From assembly GCA_041666685.1 (NCBI GenBank), contig JBAYGJ010000001.1, positions 31,749 through 95,748 of the forward strand: a stretch of DNA of 64,000 nt, read 5' to 3'. The stretch's first letter is position 1; each line of letters opens with the position of its first letter. The position numbers were made by a program, and so were the translations under genes. Of the stretch, positions 57,022-64,000 are shown in pieces. This DNA is from Patescibacteria group bacterium (GTDB lineage: Bacteria > Patescibacteriota > Patescibacteriia > UBA10025 > JAHIVO01). The notes under the pieces are model-generated. The model was given only the letters and a program-made list of their open reading frames with translations, was not told where the DNA came from and ran no database searches.

Positions 57022-58548
57022 TTATCCTACTGCGTCTTCTTTGACACTCATTCGTTTAATGGTAAATATCTTCTTGCTTTTCAAAGCTTCCTGGGCTAGC
57101 GCTATCCGGTCATCATTCGATCCATACAGAGTAAATAAACGTTCCCCCTTCCTGACTTTCTGCCCAAGCATCTTATTTATATAAATACCTGCTAATTTAT
57201 CATGCGGTGCGCCAAGGGTTCGGGCGATCTCATCAACCATTTCGTCATCTACCTCGGTAACCTGACCACTATATGGTGCGTGGAACCTCTGGCGAACAGC
57301 CGATTGGGTCAAGTCTTCTGAATCAAGCTTCCACCTGCCGCCCTGCGCCCTGATGATCTCCTGCATCTTTTTCCAGGCCCGGCCTGACGTCAGAGCTTCG
57401 GACGCAAGCATATGCCCAGTCCCGGGTTTCGCCTTACCGGACAACTCCAACAAGCGTCCGGCCAGACCGATAGATTTTTTCTCCAAGTCAGACGGACGGT
57501 AGTCTTTCTGCTGTAAGACTCGCAGTACGTCTCTCGCCTCCAGCGATGGACCGATCCCCCGGCCGACTGGCTCATGAGTCTCGGTCATGACCACATCAAT
57601 TTTCATATTGAAACGTTTTGCCAGATACTCGAATTTTCTTTTTACTTCGAGGGCAATCTTTTTGTCCATAATTTTCACTGACGGTCCGAATGGCAAATCC
57701 ACAACCAGATGCGTGACTCCCATGGCAACTTTCTTTGCCATGATGCTCACCACCATCTTGTCCAACGGTTCGAGCATCAACGGATGTGAGACACGGATGA
57801 TATAATCATCAGCCGGCGCCAGCCGGAAACTGCCGCCCCAGATCAGGCAGGCCCCCACTTTGTCCAATACTTTCTGGATTTGTTCAAATGTCAGGTGTAC
57901 GGGAGCTAGCACCTCCATGGTATCAGCCGTGCCGGCGGGAGAGGTAATTGCCCGAGAGGAAGTTTTCGGAATAAACACCCCACACGAAGCGATGATCGGT
58001 ACAACCACCATTGTCGTCCGGTTGCCGGCCACACCGCCGACCGAATGCTTGTCTGCCACCACTTTTACTTTCGGTTTCAGGACCTCACCGGTTTCAGCCA
58101 TGGCCTTGGTCATGAAATACAGCTCTTCATTTGAGAATGCCGTAATAAAGCTAGAGGCGACGAAATAGGTTATTTCGACATTCGACAGTTTGTGATGGAC
58201 GATATCATAAATGACGGACTTCATCTCCTCAAAAGTCAGGCTCTGGCCGAGCAATTTCTTACGGATCGCCTCAATGGACGGTGGCCGGGACAATACATGT
58301 AAGGATACCGGTTCACCGTCTTTGACTTTACGGTGCCGCCAGATCTCAGTAAAAAACCCGATCTCACCTTTTTCCACCTTATGACGCGAATAATAAGCCA
58401 CAACAATAGCCCGTTGGCCGGCCCACTTTACCTCCAAAAGGTCCCCCAGCACGATGCCGTACGTCTTGGCCTCTTCCTCGTGCAAAATCACGACCCAGGG
58501 CTGGCCGCCAGAAGAAAAATCTAATTTTTTTGCCTTGAGGTAAAGCAT
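57022..58548 (-). CDS. Thymidine-phosphorylase-family enzyme with N-terminal extension, AMP phosphorylase-like (archaeal-type DeoA)
   Basis: 508 aa, versus about 440 for thymidine phosphorylase. The glycosyltransferase-family-3 core is KHSVGGVAGNRTT, TSSRAITSPAGTADTMEVL. The ~90-aa N-terminal domain is typical of AMP phosphorylases in the AMP-RuBisCO salvage pathway. Confidence 0.6.
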   Translation of the reverse strand: MLYLKAKKLDFSSGGQPWVVILHEEEAKTYGIVLGDLLEVKWAGQRAIVVAYYSRHKVEKGEIGFFTEIWRHRKVKDGEPVSLHVLSRPPSIEAIRKKLLGQSLTFEEMKSVIYDIVHHKLSNVEITYFVASSFITAFSNEELYFMTKAMAETGEVLKPKVKVVADKHSVGGVAGNRTTMVVVPIIASCGVFIPKTSSRAITSPAGTADTMEVLAPVHLTFEQIQKVLDKVGACLIWGGSFRLAPADDYIIRVSHPLMLEPLDKMVVSIMAKKVAMGVTHLVVDLPFGPSVKIMDKKIALEVKRKFEYLAKRFNMKIDVVMTETHEPVGRGIGPSLEARDVLRVLQQKDYRPSDLEKKSIGLAGRLLELSGKAKPGTGHMLASEALTSGRAWKKMQEIIRAQGGRWKLDSEDLTQSAVRQRFHAPYSGQVTEVDDEMVDEIARTLGAPHDKLAGIYINKMLGQKVRKGERLFTLYGSNDDRIALAQEALKSKKIFTIKRMSVKEDAVG

Positions 58549-58625
58549 ATCTTATATACAGTATAAATGAATTCATCAAATATGACAAAAACACGCTCCT
58601 GAATGCATCGGTCGAGACACCATTC

Positions 58626-58654
58626 TTGACAATCTCATGATGCCTTGGTATCCT
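58626..58654 (+). promoter_or_regulatory. Sigma-70-like promoter (TTGACA - 17 nt - TATCCT) with a duplicated TGACAATCTCA element
   Basis: TTGACA at 58626-31. TATCCT at 58649-54. The 11-mer TGACAATCTCA occurs at 58627-37 and again at 58654-64. Confidence 0.45.
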
Positions 58655-58714
58655 GACAATCTCAAACTAAAAATACAAATTGCTTTTTCACCTGATAACC
58701 ACCAAGGAGGGTGC

Positions 58715-58951
58715 GTGTTCGTAAAGATCAGCGAGCTTATCAGACGCTGCCGACCGGCAGCATTTACCCCAGGCACTACGGAATACCGCATGCGCGATGT
58801 TCAAAAGACTATTGCCGACTCGGACAAGAGAGTCAGGAAACAGTTTCAAGCCAGACCGCCTGCCGTCGAAGAAGATGACCTCATTTATGGAGACGTTTCC
58901 GTCCCCCCAGACGTTTTCCGTGCTCATTTCGGAGGCGACCCGAAGGATTAA
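58715..58951 (+). CDS. Small hypothetical protein (78 aa), GTG start with strong Shine-Dalgarno
   Basis: AAGGAGG at 58704-10 lies 4 nt before the GTG. VFVKISELIRRCRPAAFTPGTTEYRMRDVQKTIADSDKRVRKQFQARPPAVEEDDLIYGDVSVPPDVFRAHFGGDPKD. A promoter lies upstream and a terminator downstream. Confidence 0.45.
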   Translation: MFVKISELIRRCRPAAFTPGTTEYRMRDVQKTIADSDKRVRKQFQARPPAVEEDDLIYGDVSVPPDVFRAHFGGDPKD

Positions 58952-58975
58952 TAGGGCCGAGCCAACAAATTAAAA

Positions 58976-59010
58976 AACTCCGCCCAATCGGTCGGAGTTG
59001 TTTATTTTTT
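58976..59010 (+). terminator. Rho-independent terminator after the small ORF
   Basis: AACTCCG-cccaatcggt-CGGAGTT followed by gTTTATTTTTT. Confidence 0.55.
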
Positions 59011-59253
59011 ATCAGGGTCAAGGACGATAGTGATTCTGAAAGGACGAAACTAGTGTTCAGCCAATTCTGCATCAGGCGGTAAGGCGTCCTGATGGCAATG
59101 GCCACAATACGGCGGCTTCCCGTCCGGCTGGGGAAAAAGCTGGTTTAATCCGCAGCGTCCGCACGAATCCCAAACTACTTGATTGATGGACGGCGTTGAT
59201 CGATGAGAAGATCTCAAAATATACCTCCAAATAACGATGTTGGATTTGTTGAA

Positions 59254-59553
59254 TTACTCTAGAATAAGCCTGTTTATGTCTTTCAGTAAAGGTTTCAAAT
59301 CAAGACCATGGACTGCTGCCCCAGATTCCAGGCTCTCAAACGGTGAAATGGCGCACCCGACGCAATGGAACCCCCGCTCCATGAGCAGTGGGGTAACTTG
59401 GGGATATCGACTGATTAATTCCCCCATCAGAATATCACCGGTAATTACCGATTTTTGATTTTTTCTTGATTGAGTTTTCTTAACTTTCTTTCGTGTTGTC
59501 ATAGATAAAATACGGGTAGCTGATAGTCTACCTGTTGTCTTGAAATAAGTCAA
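59254..59553 (-). CDS. DUF1858-domain protein (ScdA_N-like / hybrid-cluster-protein-associated redox domain)
   Basis: ITGDILMGELISRYPQVTPLLMERGFHCVGCAISPFESLESGAAVHGLDLKPLLKDIN matches DUF1858 proteins across the full domain (GxHCxGC). It is preceded by a basic N-terminal extension. It lies 2 nt downstream of zupT. Confidence 0.7.
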   Translation of the reverse strand: MTYFKTTGRLSATRILSMTTRKKVKKTQSRKNQKSVITGDILMGELISRYPQVTPLLMERGFHCVGCAISPFESLESGAAVHGLDLKPLLKDINRLILE

Positions 59554-59555
59554 TA

Positions 59556-60308
59556 CTAATCGATCAGCAACAGGAGCGCCATAATCCCCACGCCAAAAAG
59601 CAAAGACAACAGCTGCAGTACCGATTTGCCGGTGTGGGATTCTTTTTTCAGCTCCGGGATCAAATCTGCCGAGGCAATATAGATGAATCCGCCGATGGTC
59701 AGGGGTACGATAATCGTATGTATGGACTCCATGGAACGGCCGATAAGTAGCGTGACTACCGCACCCAATATGGCAACACTGGCGGAAAGGAAATTATAAA
59801 ACAACGCTTTAGCCCTTTTCATGCCGGTGTGCAGCAAAATTCCAAAATCGCCAATCTCCTGTGGAATTTCATGCAAAATGACTGCGATAGTCGTTGTTAC
59901 CCCGAGTGGCACGCTGACTAGAAAACTCCCTGCAATGATAGTGCCGTCAATAAAATTATGAAAAGCATCGCCGATCAGGTTGGTAGAAGCTACCGGGTGA
60001 GGATGGTCTTCTGACGTGGGTATATGGCAATGCCGCCACCATAAAATCTTTTCAAGGATAAAAAATGACAGTAACCCTGCCAGTATAAGCAATGACATCA
60101 ATGTGATATTATACTCCGTATCCTTTATCGCCTCCGGCAACAGATGGATAAATGCGTCACCCAGCAGCCCGCCCGCGGCAAAACTGACCATAAATAGCAA
60201 CACTTTTCTGAGCCGATCCATCCCGATTGATAGGGTAAAAACACCGATCAATGAAATCAGACTTATTATTATGACACTGGCGATTGTACTGACCCAAATC
60301 TGTACCAT
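59556..60308 (-). CDS. zupT: ZIP-family zinc/iron permease
   Basis: 8 TM helices. HNFIDGTIIAGSF and HEIPQEIGDFGIL are ZIP signature motifs. The N-terminus aligns with E. coli ZupT. Confidence 0.85.
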   Translation of the reverse strand: MVQIWVSTIASVIIISLISLIGVFTLSIGMDRLRKVLLFMVSFAAGGLLGDAFIHLLPEAIKDTEYNITLMSLLILAGLLSFFILEKILWWRHCHIPTSEDHPHPVASTNLIGDAFHNFIDGTIIAGSFLVSVPLGVTTTIAVILHEIPQEIGDFGILLHTGMKRAKALFYNFLSASVAILGAVVTLLIGRSMESIHTIIVPLTIGGFIYIASADLIPELKKESHTGKSVLQLLSLLFGVGIMALLLLID

Positions 60309-60309
60309 A

Positions 60310-60322
60310 GATATATTATATC
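60310..60322. promoter_or_regulatory. Perfect 6-1-6 palindrome GATATA-T-TATATC abutting the zupT start codon (Zur/Fur-box-like; overlaps a TATAAT -10-like hexamer)
   Basis: The minus strand reads tttGATATAATATATCtATG. The palindrome contains TATAAT 9 nt before the ATG, suggesting a leaderless or short-leader mRNA with an operator over the -10. Confidence 0.4.
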
Positions 60323-60374
60323 AAAAATGCCCCCAGCCGGCCATGCTTGGCCTTCCAGCGCCAATCAGGACATG

Positions 60375-61787
60375 CTATCTCAGATACCCCCACGTGTGCA
60401 GACGGTCACGGTCGTTTGACCAGGTCATCCCGATGTCTGTCCGGTAAAAAATGTTCGGCACGAGGACATTCTGTGCCCGGCCATACGCAACCCGCCTGGC
60501 TTCTTCCACAGTAGCACCGCTTCCGGTAACCACCAGCACGCAGCCAGAAGTGCCGGCAACGCGCCACACATCGTCCACTTTTTTGATATCCTCAATATGG
60601 ATCCCCTCTATAGTCGGGCGCGTTTTGAACGAAATGGCTAAGTCGCGGTATGTCCTCACTAATTCAGTATGGGGCTCCTGGGAAAAATAGGTCGGCAGCA
60701 GCAGGCGCACGCCCAACTGAAACCCGCGTTTGGTGTCAATCTGAAAATCTTCGCCATTCGCCATCCGGTGGAGGAATTCCCCGATCGGCATCTCAATTCC
60801 TTCCAACTGGATATGGATAGTCGGGTATCCGAAACGGCAAGTGAACTCCAGTGGATAAATGCCCCGTGCATTTACGATGCAATTGATGTCGACATACCCG
60901 ACATACCGGGATGCCTTAAGCGCTGAATGCATCGGCAATAAAATTTCCCTGAACAGGTTATTTGGGGTCGACCAGTACATCAGCGTCCCCATCTCACCGG
61001 TAAATGGGCCAAGATTCCCCGGGAAAATCCGTTTGTGTTCAAAATTGATATTGATCGGATACAGGAAATCATGCCCGTTGAAATAGGCTCCGACTGCTAC
61101 CTCCACTCCTGATACGTACCGCTGCAGGACAAAATGGGGAGCCCGCTGGCGCCAAATTTGCTTATTATTCTGAAAAAGTTCCAGCAAATCACGGCCATCT
61201 TCCTCCTGGCCGATGAACAGCAGGCTTTTTGGCGCACTGCCGCTCGGCTTAAAAACATACCGGGATGGGTGGGCTTTGATAAATTCTATGGCTTTATCAT
61301 AATCGTCAAACTGCCACCACCGAAGCGTATTGATATCATGTTTCTTGAGCTCGGCCTGGCCAAATTCCCGGTCATCCTCCAGCTGGTCAGTGTACTCACT
61401 GCCGCCAATCACCAGCTTCCCGCGCTGCCGCAATTGATCAGCCTGCACGCCGAATCCGACGTCATCAAAAACGATCACATCTGCCCAATCAACCTCCGGC
61501 TCCCATACTTTCACCTTTTCCACAAAGCCGTCATACACATCTGCATCATCAGGATTGGAAATATATACTTTCACGCGATGCCCCTCAAGCTGAAGGCGCC
61601 AGGCCAGATCGCCGCTGACGCTCTCTTTCGATACAAACAAGAATTTCTTTATAGGATAACCACCCATATGCAAAGACATCCCATTGACTCGGGGCGTCAT
61701 GCTTTCTGAAAACTTGCCGTTTCCAGTCTGATTGTTATGTGGGTTTTTACCGTCAGGTGGTTTTTCTTGGTTCATACCTTGTGCCAT
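60375..61787 (-). CDS. purD: ATP-grasp enzyme of the phosphoribosylamine--glycine ligase (PurD/GARS) family
   Basis: GIYPLEFTCRFGYP matches PurD KVIEFNCRFGDPE. FTGEMGTLMY matches GPNTGGMGAYSP. The C-terminus GCVLVVTGSGATVEEARRVAYGRAQNV...FYRTDIG matches the PurD C-domain. There is a ~40-aa N-terminal extension and the start is uncertain. An alternative ATG sits at 61667. Confidence 0.55.
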   Translation of the reverse strand: MAQGMNQEKPPDGKNPHNNQTGNGKFSESMTPRVNGMSLHMGGYPIKKFLFVSKESVSGDLAWRLQLEGHRVKVYISNPDDADVYDGFVEKVKVWEPEVDWADVIVFDDVGFGVQADQLRQRGKLVIGGSEYTDQLEDDREFGQAELKKHDINTLRWWQFDDYDKAIEFIKAHPSRYVFKPSGSAPKSLLFIGQEEDGRDLLELFQNNKQIWRQRAPHFVLQRYVSGVEVAVGAYFNGHDFLYPININFEHKRIFPGNLGPFTGEMGTLMYWSTPNNLFREILLPMHSALKASRYVGYVDINCIVNARGIYPLEFTCRFGYPTIHIQLEGIEMPIGEFLHRMANGEDFQIDTKRGFQLGVRLLLPTYFSQEPHTELVRTYRDLAISFKTRPTIEGIHIEDIKKVDDVWRVAGTSGCVLVVTGSGATVEEARRVAYGRAQNVLVPNIFYRTDIGMTWSNDRDRLHTWGYLR

Positions 61788-61870
61788 ACAAACTGAAACA
61801 TTTACGTTGTACAGCAGTATGAATAATACTCCTCATGGCCATGAATGCAAGAGTGTGGACAAGTACCCAA

Positions 61871-61902
61871 ACCAAAAACCCGCCAAGGAGGTGACGGGGT
61901 TT
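61871..61902 (-). terminator. Rho-independent terminator after the DUF378 gene
   Basis: On the minus strand: AAACCCCG-tcacctccttgg-CGGGTTT followed by TTGGTTTGGG. Confidence 0.45.
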
Positions 61903-61915
61903 GGTGTGAGAAGAA

Positions 61916-62128
61916 CTATTGGACATTCCTTGACTTGCCTGGGATGGTAACCGCCATATAGACAGCGGATACACCGACCAGGCTGTACACGATCCGCGAT
62001 AAAGCGGACATGTCACCAAAGATAGTTTCGACTAGGTCAAACTTGAATAGTCCGACGAGGCCCCAATTGAGGGCTCCGACGAGTACCAGGATCAAGGCGA
62101 CCCAATCGACAGCATTCATCTTTTTCAT
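61916..62128 (-). CDS. DUF378 family small membrane protein
   Basis: 70 aa with two TM helices. The conserved LVGALNWGLVGLF motif is typical of DUF378 (YuiB-like). Confidence 0.7.
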   Translation of the reverse strand: MKKMNAVDWVALILVLVGALNWGLVGLFKFDLVETIFGDMSALSRIVYSLVGVSAVYMAVTIPGKSRNVQ

Positions 62129-62146
62129 TGTTGTTATTTTAGTTGA

Positions 62147-62551
62147 TTATTCTGGAATGAGTACGGAATCAATCACATGAATAACTCCGTTATCGGCAGT
62201 AATATCGGTTTTAAGGACTTTTGCCTCACCGATCTTTACTCCATTATCTGAAACGGTAATTGGCAGCGAACCGCCCTGTACTGTAGCGAGAGACTGTTGT
62301 TTGACGACATCGCCAGCAAGCATCGAACCGCTGACCACATGATAGGTCAGTACTGCAGTCAGCTTGGCTTTGTCCTCAAGCAATGATTCAACGGTACCGG
62401 CTGGCAACTTGGCAAACGCCTCGTCGGTAGGGGCAAATACGGTAAATGGACCAGGACCAGAAAGGGTAGGCACCAGATCTGCGGCTTTGACCGCTGCCAC
62501 CAGTGTCTTGAAGGTGCCTGCCTTTACCGCTATATCAACGATAGTAGACAT
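62147..62551 (-). CDS. Fasciclin (FAS1) domain protein, no recognisable signal peptide
   Basis: [25 protein letters not shown]...[13 protein letters not shown]...VLTYHVV is the FAS1 H1/H2 region. The 134-aa ORF begins directly in the domain. Confidence 0.75.
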   Translation of the reverse strand: MSTIVDIAVKAGTFKTLVAAVKAADLVPTLSGPGPFTVFAPTDEAFAKLPAGTVESLLEDKAKLTAVLTYHVVSGSMLAGDVVKQQSLATVQGGSLPITVSDNGVKIGEAKVLKTDITADNGVIHVIDSVLIPE

Positions 62552-62583
62552 AATTGTTTTTAGTTAGTTTGTTAACGTGCTAC

Positions 62584-62596
62584 TGCAAGCCTTGCA
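62584..62596. promoter_or_regulatory. Perfect inverted repeat TGCAAG-c-CTTGCA in the divergent fasciclin/regulator intergenic region (candidate operator)
   Basis: It is centred about 37 bp upstream of both divergent start codons. A second, weaker ATGCA-aaacg-TGCAT repeat overlaps the regulator ATG. AACGTGC occurs twice, at 62574 and 62633. Confidence 0.4.
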
Positions 62597-62626
62597 TGAA
62601 TAAAGGATACCTGGTAACATAAAAAC

Positions 62627-63481
62627 ATGCAAAACGTGCATTTGAGCCCACCGGAATTAGCTCCCCTTTTCGGGGTCAACGTATCCACTATCAAACGATG
62701 GGTGGACAAAGGTTTTATCCAATCTGTTAAAACATCCGGCGGTCACCGGAGGATTTCGCGGGAACAGTTGGCAGCCTTCGTCCAGCGATACCCGGATCAC
62801 GTACACAACTCGTATGTCCTGTCCCGGCTGTTGAAAAATAAACAGACCAGGCTGAAAGATTGGCAAAAATATTACCGCCACCTCCACCAAAACGAAGTAC
62901 GGCAGGCAGAACAGCAGGTCCAGCAACTCTACCTAGCCAACGTGCCAATCGCCACAATTCTGGATGAAGTCATCGCGCCCGCGTTGCGCCACATCGGGGA
63001 CGAATGGTTTGCCGGTCATGTGTCCGTTTTTGAGGAACATAGGATGAGTTTTATCGTCAGGGTACAATTACTTAAACTAGACCAGCTCATTCCCGATCGA
63101 ACCGATACACATTCTCCACTCGCCATCCTGGCCTGTGCCGCCGGCGACCATCACGAGCTCCCTTTACTGATGGTCGGGCTGATATTAAAAAGAAACGGCA
63201 GGCGTACGACCAACTTAGGCATAAACATCTCTGCTTCCGAAATGGACAAAGCCTGCCGCCTCCTCAAGCCACAATTGGTCTGCCTGACAAAAACATACAG
63301 CCAAGGCCAAAATGCCTCGGCGTACCTGGCTCATATCAAACCAATGATAAAAAAAATTAAGGCTCGCCTGATTATCGGCGGTAATGGCTGGCCAGCATCA
63401 TTACAAAAAAAATCACAAGACACCCGATATCGTTACATCCCTGATTTAGGGGCATTGGACGGATATCTCAAGAAAAATTAA
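62627..63481 (+). CDS. Transcriptional regulator: N-terminal excisionase/MerR-like HTH plus C-terminal cobalamin (B12)-binding domain (CarH/LitR-like)
   Basis: HTH: LSPPELAPLFGVNVSTIKRWVDKGFI. B12-binding helical-bundle motif: HIGDEWFAGHVSVFEEHRMSFIV (WxxG...EH..S). Rossmann B12-binding motif: ILACAAGDHHELPLLMVGLIL (DxHxxG) and IIGGNGWP. Confidence 0.7.
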   Translation: MQNVHLSPPELAPLFGVNVSTIKRWVDKGFIQSVKTSGGHRRISREQLAAFVQRYPDHVHNSYVLSRLLKNKQTRLKDWQKYYRHLHQNEVRQAEQQVQQLYLANVPIATILDEVIAPALRHIGDEWFAGHVSVFEEHRMSFIVRVQLLKLDQLIPDRTDTHSPLAILACAAGDHHELPLLMVGLILKRNGRRTTNLGINISASEMDKACRLLKPQLVCLTKTYSQGQNASAYLAHIKPMIKKIKARLIIGGNGWPASLQKKSQDTRYRYIPDLGALDGYLKKN

Positions 63482-63552
63482 ATACTGCCAACTTGCCCTC
63501 TCCGCCCGTTATGCAACGGGGTGGGCATCGCGAAGTAAAACCGTAGACGCGT

Positions 63553-64000
63553 TTAATATTTTAAGTATTCATTCGCCTTCAAAATCAAGACACAACTTGG
63601 AGCGTGCTTGATTTTATCATCCATGACCATTTTTAGGGCTTCCCCAAGTTTAACTTTCAATACCCTAATTTGTTCAGTCCCTTCTGGGGTTGCTTTTACA
63701 AATCTCAATTTTCGAGCCAAATACAGAGCGGAGGATGATTTAATAATTGTTGTCAGCGGATATATGGTCCCCAAAAAAATAAATTCGTCGGCTATTATCC
63801 CCGCCTCTTCTTTAAGTTCTCTTTTGGCAGTCTCCAAAATTTCTTCACCTTTTTTTATTGAGCCTCCCACGACTTCAATATTATTTTTCTTTAAAGCGTA
63901 ACGAAACAGGTCTATTAAATATACATATCCGTCATCATCAATTGGAAGAATACAAACGCCAATAAGCATCTCAACAATGCCGCAAATACCTTCTTTTCCA
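63553..64000 (-). CDS. NUDIX hydrolase (N-terminus runs off the window end)
   Basis: Nudix box GGSIKKGEEILETAKRELKEEAGI (Gx5Ex7REUxEExGU). The reading frame stays open upstream of the listed ATG through to position 64000. Confidence 0.75.
   Translation of the reverse strand, partial: GKEGICGIVEMLIGVCILPIDDDGYVYLIDLFRYALKKNNIEVVGGSIKKGEEILETAKRELKEEAGIIADEFIFLGTIYPLTTIIKSSSALYLARKLRFVKATPEGTEQIRVLKVKLGEALKMVMDDKIKHAPSCVLILKANEYLKY

Noticed and set aside
62147-62551. Fasciclin gene suspected to be 5'-truncated because it lacks a signal peptide
   Set aside because: An in-frame stop lies immediately upstream, so the ORF is complete as encoded. The absence of a signal peptide is reported as an observation rather than as a pseudogene call.

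Overview
This 64 kb window is a gene-dense, low-redundancy chromosomal segment that looks like a reduced-genome bacterium. By inference it is a Candidate Phyla Radiation / Patescibacteria organism. The evidence is a B12-dependent class II RNR, a DPM1-like GT2, AMP-phosphorylase-like DeoA, N/T-rich low-complexity surface proteins, and a giant pilin-anchored protein.

Core genes, in order (mostly on the minus strand up to ~26.4 kb and again from ~42 kb):
- a B12 module (CbrT-like ECF S-component, DUF4430, cob(I)alamin adenosyltransferase) in line with nrdJ (class II RNR) and nrdR
- ftsZ, ftsA, dgkA, ybeY
- a cell-surface island: two TM-anchored proteins with thrombospondin-type-3 Ca-binding repeats, an Ig-like secreted protein, and a 3442-aa giant protein whose N-terminus looks like a VirB2/TrbC-type pilin hairpin
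- GatB/YqeY, rpsU, HIT, hisS, two tandem signal peptidase I genes, tRNA-Val, GT2
- on the plus strand: LCP, der, pth, a pilT-like ATPase, pilM, mfd, dprA, topA, and an SDR-type L-threonine dehydrogenase
- a Wzy_C/O-antigen-ligase-like protein with TPR repeats, parB, parA, and a tRNA cluster (Leu, Met, initiator fMet)
- EamA, lgt, two DsbA-like proteins, ferredoxin, ferritin, Fe/Mn SOD, sufUSDBC, and a Fur-family regulator with a Cys-rich tail
- ferredoxin, an AMP/thymidine phosphorylase family enzyme, zupT with DUF1858, a PurD-like ATP-grasp, DUF378, fasciclin, a CarH-like HTH + B12-binding regulator, and a partial NUDIX

I found no CRISPR array, transposase or rRNA.

The most interesting signals:
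- the pilin-anchored giant adhesin-like protein and its co-oriented surface-protein neighbours, including a perfect 2x48-bp tandem repeat
- B12 usage and possibly B12 sensing (RNR cluster plus a distant CarH-like regulator with a palindromic operator)
- Fur/Zur-like palindromes upstream of the fur and zupT starts
- several unannotated small ORFs with strong promoter, RBS and terminator signals

Coordinates for the RNA genes and regulatory sites were indexed by hand and may be off by 1-2 nt. CDS coordinates follow the supplied ORF track, with starts refined where noted.
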